Assembly: GCA_947303405.1 (NCBI GenBank)
Contig: CAMYYH010000001.1
Location: forward strand, 1-61,685
From: an uncultured Mycoplasmatota bacterium
GTDB lineage: Bacteria > Bacillota_I > Bacilli_A > RF39 > UBA660
DNA: 61,685 nucleotides
Reading direction: 5' to 3'
Position 1 is the stretch's first letter, and every line of letters starts with the position of its first letter. Below are positions 36,389-45,444 of this stretch, piece by piece. A model generated the notes under the pieces. It had not been told where the DNA came from. It made no database searches and was given only the letters and a program-made list of their open reading frames with translations. The translations under genes and the position numbers were made by a program.

Positions 36389-37948
36389 TTATAACGGTTC
36401 TCCACAACTTGGACAAACAGTAGTCATTTCCCCAATTATCATTGCTCCACAATTTTCACAAAATTTAATCTTATCATTCCTAAAATCTAATTGACTATAC
36501 ATATCAGATATATCCTCAGTCTTTTCCCCTTTTGACTCTTCTTTACCTTCAATACTCTTAGGAGCTTCTTCCTCTTCTACTACAATCTCTTTATTAGATT
36601 TTTCTTCACTTTGAGCAATATCTTCCTCATCATCTACAAATGCTTCATATTCTTCACCAATAGGTGGCAGATCAAAAATAGTAAATAATTTTTCTTCTTC
36701 AATTACAGGCCCTACAAATTCTTCAATAACCTCTTTTGGTTCTTCTTTAATAGCCTCAACTTCTTCAACTACAATTGGTTCCTCAGATGTAGATTCTTTT
36801 TCGTCTTTTTCTTCTAGTAGTTCTTCCTTTATCTCTTCGGGCAATGTTGAAGCCTCTTCAATTTCTTCAGTAGGTTCCACAATCTCTTGAACTTCATCTG
36901 CCTTTTTTTCCTCTTCTTTAGTTTCTTCCTCAAAAGAAGAAATAGGAGTTTTTTCCTTTGCTTCTGAAGCAATTTCTAAATCTTTTCTCTCTAAAGATAT
37001 AGTATTTTCATTAACGGCTTCATCAGATACAGCCGCAACCTCATCTACTAAATCTACTAATTCAACAGTAGAATCAGGTACTGAATCTTCAACATCACTC
37101 TTTTTAGAGTCATCTTCTTCAACTACAATTGGGAAGAAATCATCATCTACACCATTATTATTCTCAAGTACTGCTTCCGTTTTAAATATATTAGAATTCT
37201 CTACATTATCACTTTCATCTTCAACCTTTATTACTGGATCTTCAACACTATTATCTTCACTATCATTACTAAGTGCATCAAAAATAGAACTCGCATCTAT
37301 TACGTTCATTTTTGAAGTATCTGAAAGATTTTGTATTTCATCTTCCTTATTAAAAGGTTCAAATCCTTGTGTTGTCATAGGCTCATTAGTTGAAATAACA
37401 TTACTATCATTAGATACCAAATTATCCATTATATTATCAGTATCATCTTTAAAAGGATTATCTTGCCAACTAACATCTGCAGTATTATCTATTACTGATT
37501 TAGGATTAACAGTCATATTTTCTTCTTCTGACTTAGCCGGAATCGGATTATCAATTAAAGCTGCAACATCTTCCATATTAGGAACAATGTCTATAGAAGC
37601 CGTCTTTTGTTCATCAGTCGTAACTTGTGTAACTTGTGCTGGAGTTTCGTTGTTAACAACTTGGTTCATATTAACATCTACATTGTTTATATTAGGAACA
37701 TCGAAACTAGCCATTGAACTAGACATAGTATCCACAGGAGTACTAACAGCTACTTCTGGCTGAGCCACAGGCTCAAAAACAGTAGGTTGAGACGCTACTG
37801 ATACGTCAGCTTGAGATGCCACAGGCATAACTTGTGTAGCATTATCAACAACTTGTGAGTCAGCGTTTTGTACTTGAACTGGTTCATTATTAGTTACAAC
37901 TTCACTAGTTTCCTCTTTCTTTTTCTTAAACATATCAAATAATCCCAT
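36389..37948 (-). CDS. highly acidic low-complexity protein with a C-terminal zinc ribbon
   Basis: Likely start is MGLFDMFKKKK, because the first ATG at 37987 lies inside a TGTTATAAT -10-like box. Long Glu/Asp/Val/Asn-rich region. Ends CENCGAMIIGEMTTVCPSCGEPL (CxxC-x12-CxxC). Confidence 0.5.
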   Translation of the reverse strand: MGLFDMFKKKKEETSEVVTNNEPVQVQNADSQVVDNATQVMPVASQADVSVASQPTVFEPVAQPEVAVSTPVDTMSSSMASFDVPNINNVDVNMNQVVNNETPAQVTQVTTDEQKTASIDIVPNMEDVAALIDNPIPAKSEEENMTVNPKSVIDNTADVSWQDNPFKDDTDNIMDNLVSNDSNVISTNEPMTTQGFEPFNKEDEIQNLSDTSKMNVIDASSIFDALSNDSEDNSVEDPVIKVEDESDNVENSNIFKTEAVLENNNGVDDDFFPIVVEEDDSKKSDVEDSVPDSTVELVDLVDEVAAVSDEAVNENTISLERKDLEIASEAKEKTPISSFEEETKEEEKKADEVQEIVEPTEEIEEASTLPEEIKEELLEEKDEKESTSEEPIVVEEVEAIKEEPKEVIEEFVGPVIEEEKLFTIFDLPPIGEEYEAFVDDEEDIAQSEEKSNKEIVVEEEEAPKSIEGKEESKGEKTEDISDMYSQLDFRNDKIKFCENCGAMIIGEMTTVCPSCGEPL

Positions 37949-38050
37949 AAGGACCACATCCCAATCTATTCTTTCTCTACTATACATTATAACACAAATC
38001 TTACTATTTAAAAGATTTTTTTAGATAACAAAAAAGAAGAATCTCTTCTT

Positions 38051-38704
38051 CTAATTCGTAAAATCTATTCCTTCCTCATTTAAAATGAACTTTCTTCTCA
38101 AATCTCTATCCATCTTTTTTTGCTCAGCATCACTCATATTTCCATATCCATGATTCTCTCGTATATTTTCCATCTCTTCTACTACTTCATTAAGTGATAC
38201 ATCATTACTTTGATTATCAAAAGCTATTTTCCCATCAAGAATAATACTATAATACTCCATTACAGCCCTCTTCATTGCTTTAAAAGGTTTCTCATCAATA
38301 GCTTTATCATTACGTAAATCTGTTAATAATCCAACTATTATTTTACGTTCTTTTTCTAAAGTGGTATTATCTTTAACTAATAATCTTACCGCTTTTAAAT
38401 AATTAGAATCATCACTCTCATATCCAACTACTAAACTAATATCTAATGTATTTTCAACTAACTCTAATAATTCTTCTAAAGACATAGCATCTCTATATTT
38501 CTCATTAATACTCATTCTAGTTTTATTATTATCAAATGCTTGTATCTCTTCTTCTAATTCTTCTTTCTCTTTGACCAGACTTTTTATTTCCCCATCATAA
38601 TCGGTATATTTTTCTTCTTCGTTTTGCCTAGATAACATCTCAATTTTCTTAACAATAGAATTATACTTAGCCTTTTTTTCTTTTATAGTTCCACTTGCAT
38701 TCAT
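38051..38704 (-). CDS. hypothetical helical protein
   Basis: 217-aa ORF with a GAGGTGG RBS. Charged, coiled-coil-like, no TM. Confidence 0.45.
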   Translation of the reverse strand: MNASGTIKEKKAKYNSIVKKIEMLSRQNEEEKYTDYDGEIKSLVKEKEELEEEIQAFDNNKTRMSINEKYRDAMSLEELLELVENTLDISLVVGYESDDSNYLKAVRLLVKDNTTLEKERKIIVGLLTDLRNDKAIDEKPFKAMKRAVMEYYSIILDGKIAFDNQSNDVSLNEVVEEMENIRENHGYGNMSDAEQKKMDRDLRRKFILNEEGIDFTN

Positions 38705-38758
38705 TGTTATACCACCTCTATCATTAATAATTATACCATAAGATAAAAAAGAAGCTAA

Positions 38759-40045
38759 CTATTTTTTAGCTTCTATTTTTTTCTTACCACCCATATAAGG
38801 TTGTAATACCTTAGGAATCTTAATTGAACCATCTTCTTGATAATTGTTCTCTATCAAAGCAATTAATCCTCTTGGAGACGCAACTACAGTATTATTTAAC
38901 GTATGTAAATAATAAGTACCTTTATCTCCTTTTGCTCTAATACCCAATCTTCTAGCTTGGGCATCTCCTAATGTAGAACAACTTCCTACTTCAAAATATT
39001 TTTGTTGACGCGGAGACCAAGCTTCAATATCACAAGATTTAACTTTCAAATCTGCCAAATCACCTGAACAACACTCTAACTGTCTTACAGGGATATCGAA
39101 ATTTCTAAATATTTCTACAGTATATTGCCACATTTTTTCATACCAGTCCATAGATTCTTCAGGTTCACATATTACTATCATCTCTTGCTTCTCAAATTGA
39201 TGTACTCTATATAATCCTCTTTCTTCTAAGCCATGACTTCCCCCTTCTTTTCTAAAACAAGGTGAATAAGAAGTCATATGTATTGGTAATTCTTCTCTTT
39301 TAATTATTTGATCTTTGAATTTACCGATCATACTATGTTCAGAAGTACCTATTAAATATAAATCTTCATTTTCTATTTTATACATCATAGCTTCCATTTC
39401 AGGAAAAGACATAACCCCTGTTACTACATCAGCATGTATCATAAAGGGAGGAATTGCATAAGTAAATCCTTTATCTATCATAAAATCTCTACCATAAGCA
39501 ATCATTGCTTCATGTAATCTTGCTATATCTCCAAGCAAATAATAAAACCCTTCTCCAGAAGTCCTACCAGCAGCTTCTTTATCCATTCCATTTACTGCAT
39601 TAATAATATCAGCATGATATGGTATTTCATATTCTGGTACAACTGGTTCACCAAATTTTTGCACTTCAACATTTTCGCTATCATCCTTACCTATCGGTAC
39701 TGAATCATCAATAATATTAGGAATTACTAGCATTATTTCTTTTATCCTCTTGTTTAATTCCTCTTGTTCTTTTTCTAAGTCAGCTATTTCTCCTGCCATC
39801 TTAGTTACTTCTTCTTTAATCTTATTAGCTTCATCTTGTCTTTTATCTTTCATTAATTTGCCAATTTTCCCACTCATTTTATTCTTTTCAGCTTTAAGAT
39901 TATCCCCTTTAGTTTGAATCTCTCTAACTCTTATATCTAAATCATATACTTCATCTACCAAAGGCAACTTCTCATCTTGAAATTTCTTTTTAATATTTTC
40001 CTTAACTAATTTTCTATTTTCTCTTATTAATCTAATATCTATCAT
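38759..40045 (-). CDS. serS: serine--tRNA ligase
   Basis: 428 aa. N-terminal coiled-coil arm and class II motifs (FRKEGGSHGLEERGLYRVHQFEKQE, GSCSTLGDAQARR). Confidence 0.95.
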   Translation of the reverse strand: MIDIRLIRENRKLVKENIKKKFQDEKLPLVDEVYDLDIRVREIQTKGDNLKAEKNKMSGKIGKLMKDKRQDEANKIKEEVTKMAGEIADLEKEQEELNKRIKEIMLVIPNIIDDSVPIGKDDSENVEVQKFGEPVVPEYEIPYHADIINAVNGMDKEAAGRTSGEGFYYLLGDIARLHEAMIAYGRDFMIDKGFTYAIPPFMIHADVVTGVMSFPEMEAMMYKIENEDLYLIGTSEHSMIGKFKDQIIKREELPIHMTSYSPCFRKEGGSHGLEERGLYRVHQFEKQEMIVICEPEESMDWYEKMWQYTVEIFRNFDIPVRQLECCSGDLADLKVKSCDIEAWSPRQQKYFEVGSCSTLGDAQARRLGIRAKGDKGTYYLHTLNNTVVASPRGLIALIENNYQEDGSIKIPKVLQPYMGGKKKIEAKK

Positions 40046-40047
40046 TA

Positions 40048-40308
40048 TTATTTCTCCTTCTCACTATTTATTTCTTCAAATCTATATTTTTGTTTAACAT
40101 TTGGATATTTCTCATGATCTACTTCCGAGACGAACTCATCATAAGGTCGAACCCATATCTCTTTCGACTCAATATTTTGGTATACTACCACTCTTGATTC
40201 TAAAGGATTATTCTCTTTATAATTATCAGCATCAAAAGCAACGGCTACGATAACATAAGTATGTCCTTTAAAATGCTTAAATAATTGTCCCTCTTTAACT
40301 GTTCTCAC
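40048..40308 (-). CDS. DUF1653 family protein
   Basis: 86 aa. GQLFKHFKGHTYVIVAVA...VVYQ matches the DUF1653 pattern. GTG start with GGAGGT 6 nt upstream. Overlaps the upstream HD gene by 4 nt. Confidence 0.65.
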   Translation of the reverse strand: MRTVKEGQLFKHFKGHTYVIVAVAFDADNYKENNPLESRVVVYQNIESKEIWVRPYDEFVSEVDHEKYPNVKQKYRFEEINSEKEK

Positions 40309-40781
40309 TTTTTTACCTCCAATACTTTTTCTAATAATTTCAAATTATTCTTATACTTACTTATTAATCTATTTCTCATTATAATAGGTAACTTAGATAA
40401 TCTATCCTTGTCCATATTATCACACATATCTACATACTTTAACTTAATAATATCCATATCCTTACTATCTATTATTTTCTTTATCTTACTATTATAATCT
40501 AATCCATCCTCTATAGTTACTCCATCTACTATCTCGAGTATTCTTTTACTAAACCCCAACTTACTAAGATCATTTTTAGTAACCTTTGTATCTTCTAATA
40601 CATCGTGTAATAAACCAGCTATTCTTAATTCCTCAGTATCAAAATTAATACTAACCCTAATTAGATGATTTATATATGGTAAACCCGCCTTATCTTTTTT
40701 ATTCTTAAATAATTCCGAGACTAGTAATAAAGCTCTATCATATAAATTATCTACTTTTAGGTAATAGTCTATATCTCTCAT
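40305..40781 (-). CDS. HD-domain protein resembling the RelA/SpoT-type (p)ppGpp hydrolase (small alarmone hydrolase-like)
   Basis: Start moved to MRDIDYY (GGGAG RBS). GLPYINHLIRVS...RIAGLLHDVLEDTKVTKNDLSKLGFSKRILEIVDGVT parallels the SpoT/Mesh1 hydrolase motifs. Confidence 0.65.
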   Translation of the reverse strand: MRDIDYYLKVDNLYDRALLLVSELFKNKKDKAGLPYINHLIRVSINFDTEELRIAGLLHDVLEDTKVTKNDLSKLGFSKRILEIVDGVTIEDGLDYNSKIKKIIDSKDMDIIKLKYVDMCDNMDKDRLSKLPIIMRNRLISKYKNNLKLLEKVLEVKK

Positions 40782-40794
40782 AATAATCGCTCCC

Positions 40795-40960
40795 AAAAAT
40801 AAAACCACATTACTTGCAGGAGCAAATAATGCGGTACCATCCCTATTTTTACTTAATTATTGATAACGGTTTAACCCGGTAGTGATTAGCTACTCTAAGA
40901 AGTAGATTCATTTTTACATATCAACTTATTTCCACCAAACATAAGCTCTCTATTTGAAAT
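40795..40960 (-). promoter_or_regulatory. T-box leader (Ser specifier UCU) with intrinsic terminator
   Basis: Minus strand reads AGAGAG box, GGTGGAA distal loop, specifier GAATCTA (UCU + A, 40904-40906), F-box CCGTTA, and T-box AGGGATGGTACCGC. The terminator is ACCGCATTATTTGC...GCAAGTAATGTGGT followed by TTTTATTTTT. Confidence 0.8.
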
Positions 40961-41079
40961 CATAAAAATTACTATTCTTCCATCAGCAATTTACATCTCT
41001 AATTTTATTATTTTATCTTAAAATTGTCAAATATATAATTCAAAGCTGTTTTTTTACAATTGGTGTGAAACATTTTGCT

Positions 41080-41601
41080 CTATTTTAATTTATCTATAGT
41101 TATATATTCGTTATTTAAATTCTCTTTATGTTTAATTATACGATATTTAGAACTAACAACTGTTGAATTGGCTGGTATATCTTTAGTTATCGTTACACCA
41201 GCTCCTATTCTACAATTATCCCCTATTTTAATTTTACCTATTATTTTAGCTCCGGCTCCAATATAACAGTTTTTACCAATAGTTGGAGATCCTTTAGTTT
41301 TTGAATCTGGTAAAGCGTTACTTCCAATAGTAACCTGTTGAAATATTGTACAACCATCAGCAATTTTAGCATGAGATGATACGAAAATTCCCATTATTCC
41401 GTGAGGAAAAGTAATATCATCACTAATATTATTAGATAGTGGGAAAAATGATTGGCATTTAAATAAACAATTATTATACCTTCTTATCAAAAATGCTTTT
41501 ACTAGTTTGCACTTACATTTTAATATCTTCTTTTTAAGTTTTAATATTTTATTAGTATTATTAATCGCATAATCTTTAATAATTATCTGTTTTAATTCCA
41601 T
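41080..41601 (-). CDS. hexapeptide-repeat acetyltransferase, serine O-acetyltransferase (CysE)-like
   Basis: 173 aa. FPHGIMGIFVSSHAKIADGCTIFQQVTIGSN...PTIGKNCYIGAGAKIIGKIKIGDNCRIGAGVTITKDIP is a left-handed beta-helix acetyltransferase pattern. Confidence 0.55.
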   Translation of the reverse strand: MELKQIIIKDYAINNTNKILKLKKKILKCKCKLVKAFLIRRYNNCLFKCQSFFPLSNNISDDITFPHGIMGIFVSSHAKIADGCTIFQQVTIGSNALPDSKTKGSPTIGKNCYIGAGAKIIGKIKIGDNCRIGAGVTITKDIPANSTVVSSKYRIIKHKENLNNEYITIDKLK

Positions 41602-41718
41602 TATTTATTACACTTCCCTATAATATCAATACATTATAGCATATCATAATAGACGTTTCATATCATAATCAATTCTGTTAGTATTATAACACAAAGAATA
41701 ACGTATTTAAATAACACG

Positions 41719-43887
41719 TTATTTTGCTATCCACGGATCTTCTCTTGTACCATTTCCACCAAATACTTTTATTTCATTTTTTAAAGAGATTGAAGGCCTA
41801 ACTCCAATACTAATATATGGCGATCCCACTCCACTAGGATTGACTGTAAAAGCTCTGACATTAAGGGCAGAAGAAAAAAGATAAGGAGATAAAGTCCAAA
41901 AAGATGTTGGAGGCCAAAAATACGATCTTTCATTAACTAAGTCTAATTCATTATATGAATTTAAAGCCACTGGATATTTTAATTTTGCCCTACTGTTACT
42001 GATTGAGAATTGATCAACTATTCTTCTACATTTTAAGGTATCACCATTCATTTCCATAAAAGCCAGATTACCGTTTGAATCAAATGGATGAACACCATCT
42101 TCTAATCCCAAATATCTAGAATTACAATAAACTGTATTTTCTAATTTATCAGTATAATCAATAAGATTGTTCTCATACCATAAATCAACTAATTCTTTTA
42201 TTGGAGAATCTATTTTATTTACATCACTACTATTTAGAGCCTCTTCTATAAAATCTATAATACCTTGACCATTAGTAAGAGAGAAGAAATAAGCTCTACT
42301 AGAAGTTTTCGTATGCAAATATAACAAAGATGAACATGTTCCAGTAGAATTCCAACAAGTGTAATTCGGATCATTTTCATCATAAGTATAATTGCTACTC
42401 CACCCCTTTACATAGATAGTTTCTCCTGTTAATGTATAAGTATTTGTTGATTCATCATAATCAAAAGATGTCCCATATTTTATCTGATAAGGTTTATCCG
42501 TTTCAATAATAGAATTGTCATAAACTTTGCTATACATATATCCAGCAGAAGTTAAAGAATAACCATATAGATTAAACGGCGAATTACCAATTATAGAATT
42601 ATCTACTTCATCCATTGTATAAACCATAGCTTTTCCTTCATAAGGATTAGAATAATCTATTACTCGAAAAAGTGTAGAACAGGTAGATTCTTTTGAAGCA
42701 CAAGTATAATTACCAATAATCGCATTAGACGTTTCTTCAGACCAATTCTTTTTAAAAGTGTCGATTAAAGTAAAGGTTTTATTATCTAAATCATAGGTAA
42801 AAGATGACCCAAATAAATAACTAAATGCAGAATCGTTAGAATTATCATAATCATCACCATAATCTAGAGATACTATACTATCGCTAGTAATAACTACACT
42901 TGTACGAAGTGCAGCAGATCTTACGCACTTACCATCCTTTGCCACACCATTGTATACCAATCTTGTTCCTTTTGTTTCCGTTGTTCTAACTACTTCCCAG
43001 CAAAAATTACCAAACACAACATTTCTAATATCTTGACAAGCATCTAGGTAAACATTCTCAGCCAATACTGTCTTATCAACCTCACCAGTTATTTCGCCTT
43101 CATATTTAGTTACACAAGTATTTTCTTCTTTTGATAAATCGACTATCGTATCATATAGTTTAGGTAATTTTTCTATTTCTATAGTAGATTCTACTTCTAT
43201 ATCATATTTACATATGGCATATACAGTTGGTATTAATAACATAGCAAAAACAAATACTACAAATTTAGTATATTTATTTTTTCTTCTAATTAATACATAC
43301 AAAATTAAAACAGTTATTAACAAGACAAAGCTTATTAACATCATACTAGATACACTAGTAATTGGGTTTTTTACTTCTTGTGGATCTACTGATTCTTTTA
43401 TATTATCTGTTGTTATTATATCCAATTCTTTTTCTTTATCACTTGTATTTAAAGATAATTTCAAACTATTTGAAGCATCAAACTTATTATTAGTTAGTTT
43501 ATCATCTTCTACTTCTTTTTTATAAGTTACTACTAGTGATACTTCCTTACTAGAGTTAGCTTTTACTATGTTTGTATTATCATTAGTTTTTAAAGAATAT
43601 TCTATATAATCAGAATCGGTTTTAAAAGTATCTTCATCTATCATATAATCATCTTCTGAATCATTTTTAATTGTTAAGTCATATGTAATTGAATCTCCTA
43701 CTTCATACATTTTTAAATCTAGATTTATACTTCCGTCCTCGAATGTTGGATCACTAATAACTTTTGTATTACCTTCTATTTCAATTTGTTCCATAGAAGT
43801 AATTGTTATTTTTGATGTATCACACTCTTCTGCTAGAACTAAAAGCGGAATACATATTAATATCAAAAAGAATTTAAAATATTTCAT
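41719..43887 (-). CDS. surface protein: signal peptide + TasA-like module + NPITS/TM hairpin + large ectodomain ending in a GVRPxISL-type domain
   Basis: 722 aa. The N-terminal module (ITYDLTIKNDSEDDYMI..., KEVSLVVTYKKEV) is homologous to the N-terminus of the 1497-aa protein. KNPITS + TM + RRKNK + second TM follows. The Cys-containing ectodomain ends ...FWTLSPY...IGVRPSISLKNEI. Confidence 0.55.
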   Translation of the reverse strand: MKYFKFFLILICIPLLVLAEECDTSKITITSMEQIEIEGNTKVISDPTFEDGSINLDLKMYEVGDSITYDLTIKNDSEDDYMIDEDTFKTDSDYIEYSLKTNDNTNIVKANSSKEVSLVVTYKKEVEDDKLTNNKFDASNSLKLSLNTSDKEKELDIITTDNIKESVDPQEVKNPITSVSSMMLISFVLLITVLILYVLIRRKNKYTKFVVFVFAMLLIPTVYAICKYDIEVESTIEIEKLPKLYDTIVDLSKEENTCVTKYEGEITGEVDKTVLAENVYLDACQDIRNVVFGNFCWEVVRTTETKGTRLVYNGVAKDGKCVRSAALRTSVVITSDSIVSLDYGDDYDNSNDSAFSYLFGSSFTYDLDNKTFTLIDTFKKNWSEETSNAIIGNYTCASKESTCSTLFRVIDYSNPYEGKAMVYTMDEVDNSIIGNSPFNLYGYSLTSAGYMYSKVYDNSIIETDKPYQIKYGTSFDYDESTNTYTLTGETIYVKGWSSNYTYDENDPNYTCWNSTGTCSSLLYLHTKTSSRAYFFSLTNGQGIIDFIEEALNSSDVNKIDSPIKELVDLWYENNLIDYTDKLENTVYCNSRYLGLEDGVHPFDSNGNLAFMEMNGDTLKCRRIVDQFSISNSRAKLKYPVALNSYNELDLVNERSYFWPPTSFWTLSPYLFSSALNVRAFTVNPSGVGSPYISIGVRPSISLKNEIKVFGGNGTREDPWIAK

Positions 43888-44009
43888 ATTATCACCTTAC
43901 TATAGAATAATAATAATATTTATTTCTCGTCCAAACAATTTACGAGTGTAACATTATCCATCCTATAATAACTTAATATAATAAATACTAAAAAGACTAA
44001 ATATAATTA

Positions 44010-44038
44010 TTGACTAGTAATACAATAAAATATATCAT
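44010..44038 (+). promoter_or_regulatory. candidate sigma-A promoter of mgtE
   Basis: TTGACT (44010-44015), 17-nt spacer, TATCAT (44033-44038), about 30 nt upstream of the AGGAAAGAG RBS. Confidence 0.35.
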
Positions 44039-44070
44039 TATATAGGAAAAAGGAAAGAGTGTGATATTTT

Positions 44071-45408
44071 ATGGACTTCGAAAAATTACAGGAATTAGTT
44101 GAACAGAAAAATGCTAGTGCTTTAAAAAAAGAATTAGTTGAAATGAATGAATACGATATCGCCTCGTTCTTAAGTGAGATTAAAGATGAACGATTAATAA
44201 AAATATTTAGATTACTACCTAAAGATAAAGCTACAGACGTTTTTGTTAATTTAGATGAGGATATTCAAAGAGAATTAATTAGTTCATTAACTCAGAAAGA
44301 ATCAAAGTGGTTGATTGAAGATATGTACACAGATGATGCTGCCGACTTGTTTGAAGAAATGCCAGCTATCATGGTAACAAAATTACTTAGTAATGTTGAT
44401 AAAGAAACAAGAGCGGATATTAACAAATTACTAAAATATCCTGAAGATTCGGCAGGTTCCTTAATGGCCACTGAATACATTCATTTAAAACAAGGATTAA
44501 CTATCAAAGAATCAATAGAAAGAATTAGAGAACAAAAAGATGATTTTGTTTCATACGATAGTTGTTTTGTTACAGATGATAAAAGAAAGCTACTAGGATC
44601 CGTATCCGTTAAAGAATTATTAATTAACGATCCCAAAACTCTAATTGATGATGTTATGGAAGAATGCAAACATCCCATTAATACTTTAATGGACCAAGAA
44701 GAAGTTGCTAATCTCTTCCAAGATTATAACTATAGTTCCTTGCCAGTAGTTGATTCAGAATATAGATTAGTAGGAATAATAACAATTGACGACATCGTCG
44801 ATATTATTGAAGAAGAAGCTACCGAGGACATTGAAAAAATGGCTGCCATTACTCCAACTGATAAAACATACATGAAAACAGGCGTATTTGAAACATATGG
44901 CAAAAGAATTCCTTGGTTATTACTTCTGATGATAAGCGCCACTTTTACCGGTAGTATAATTACACATTTTGAAGACGCATTAGCAGCTTATGTAGTACTA
45001 ACTTCTTTCATCCCTATGTTGATGGACTCAGGAGGTAATGCAGGATCTCAAGCTAGCGTATCTGTAATACGTAGTTTATCTCTAGATGAAATAGAGTATA
45101 AAGATACTTTAAAAGTCGTATGGAAAGAAATAAGAGTTGCTATCTTATGTGGTTTAACTTTAGCAATAGCTAACTTCGCTAAACTAATGCTGCTAAATCA
45201 CTTAAGCTTTACTATCTCTTTAGTAGTATGCGGAACTTTATTAATAACTATCACAGTTGCTAAATTGGTAGGTTGTACTCTGCCTATATTGGCCAAAAGA
45301 TTAGGTTTTGACCCCGCTGTTATGGCAAGTCCATTTATAACTACTATCGTAGATGCTTGTTCATTAATTATTTACTTTAAAATTGCCGGCATCTTATTAG
45401 GCATATAA
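44071..45408 (+). CDS. mgtE: magnesium transporter MgtE
   Basis: 445 aa. MgtE N-domain, CBS pair, and a 5-TM C-terminal domain with the GGNAGSQ motif. Confidence 0.92.
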   Translation: MDFEKLQELVEQKNASALKKELVEMNEYDIASFLSEIKDERLIKIFRLLPKDKATDVFVNLDEDIQRELISSLTQKESKWLIEDMYTDDAADLFEEMPAIMVTKLLSNVDKETRADINKLLKYPEDSAGSLMATEYIHLKQGLTIKESIERIREQKDDFVSYDSCFVTDDKRKLLGSVSVKELLINDPKTLIDDVMEECKHPINTLMDQEEVANLFQDYNYSSLPVVDSEYRLVGIITIDDIVDIIEEEATEDIEKMAAITPTDKTYMKTGVFETYGKRIPWLLLLMISATFTGSIITHFEDALAAYVVLTSFIPMLMDSGGNAGSQASVSVIRSLSLDEIEYKDTLKVVWKEIRVAILCGLTLAIANFAKLMLLNHLSFTISLVVCGTLLITITVAKLVGCTLPILAKRLGFDPAVMASPFITTIVDACSLIIYFKIAGILLGI

Positions 45409-45410
45409 AA

Positions 45411-45441
45411 AGGCTTTAGAATTCTTCTAAAACCTTTTTTT
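45411..45441. terminator. bidirectional terminator between mgtE and the 1497-aa gene
   Basis: AGGCTTTAGAA-ttc-TTCTAAAACCT hairpin (one mismatch) followed by TTTTTT. Confidence 0.5.
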
Positions 45442-45444
45442 GAA

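Noticed and set aside
43888-44070. M-box (Mg2+) riboswitch upstream of mgtE
   Set aside because: The 180-nt gap is almost pure A/T with a plausible promoter about 30 nt from the RBS. There is no room or GC-rich helices for an M-box of about 170 nt.
44292-44942. Three minus-strand ORFs (62-70 aa) inside mgtE, and alternative-frame same-strand ORFs at 27360..27557, 51593..51823 and 53246..53500
   Set aside because: They are embedded in well-supported genes, and there is no independent signal for overlapping coding.
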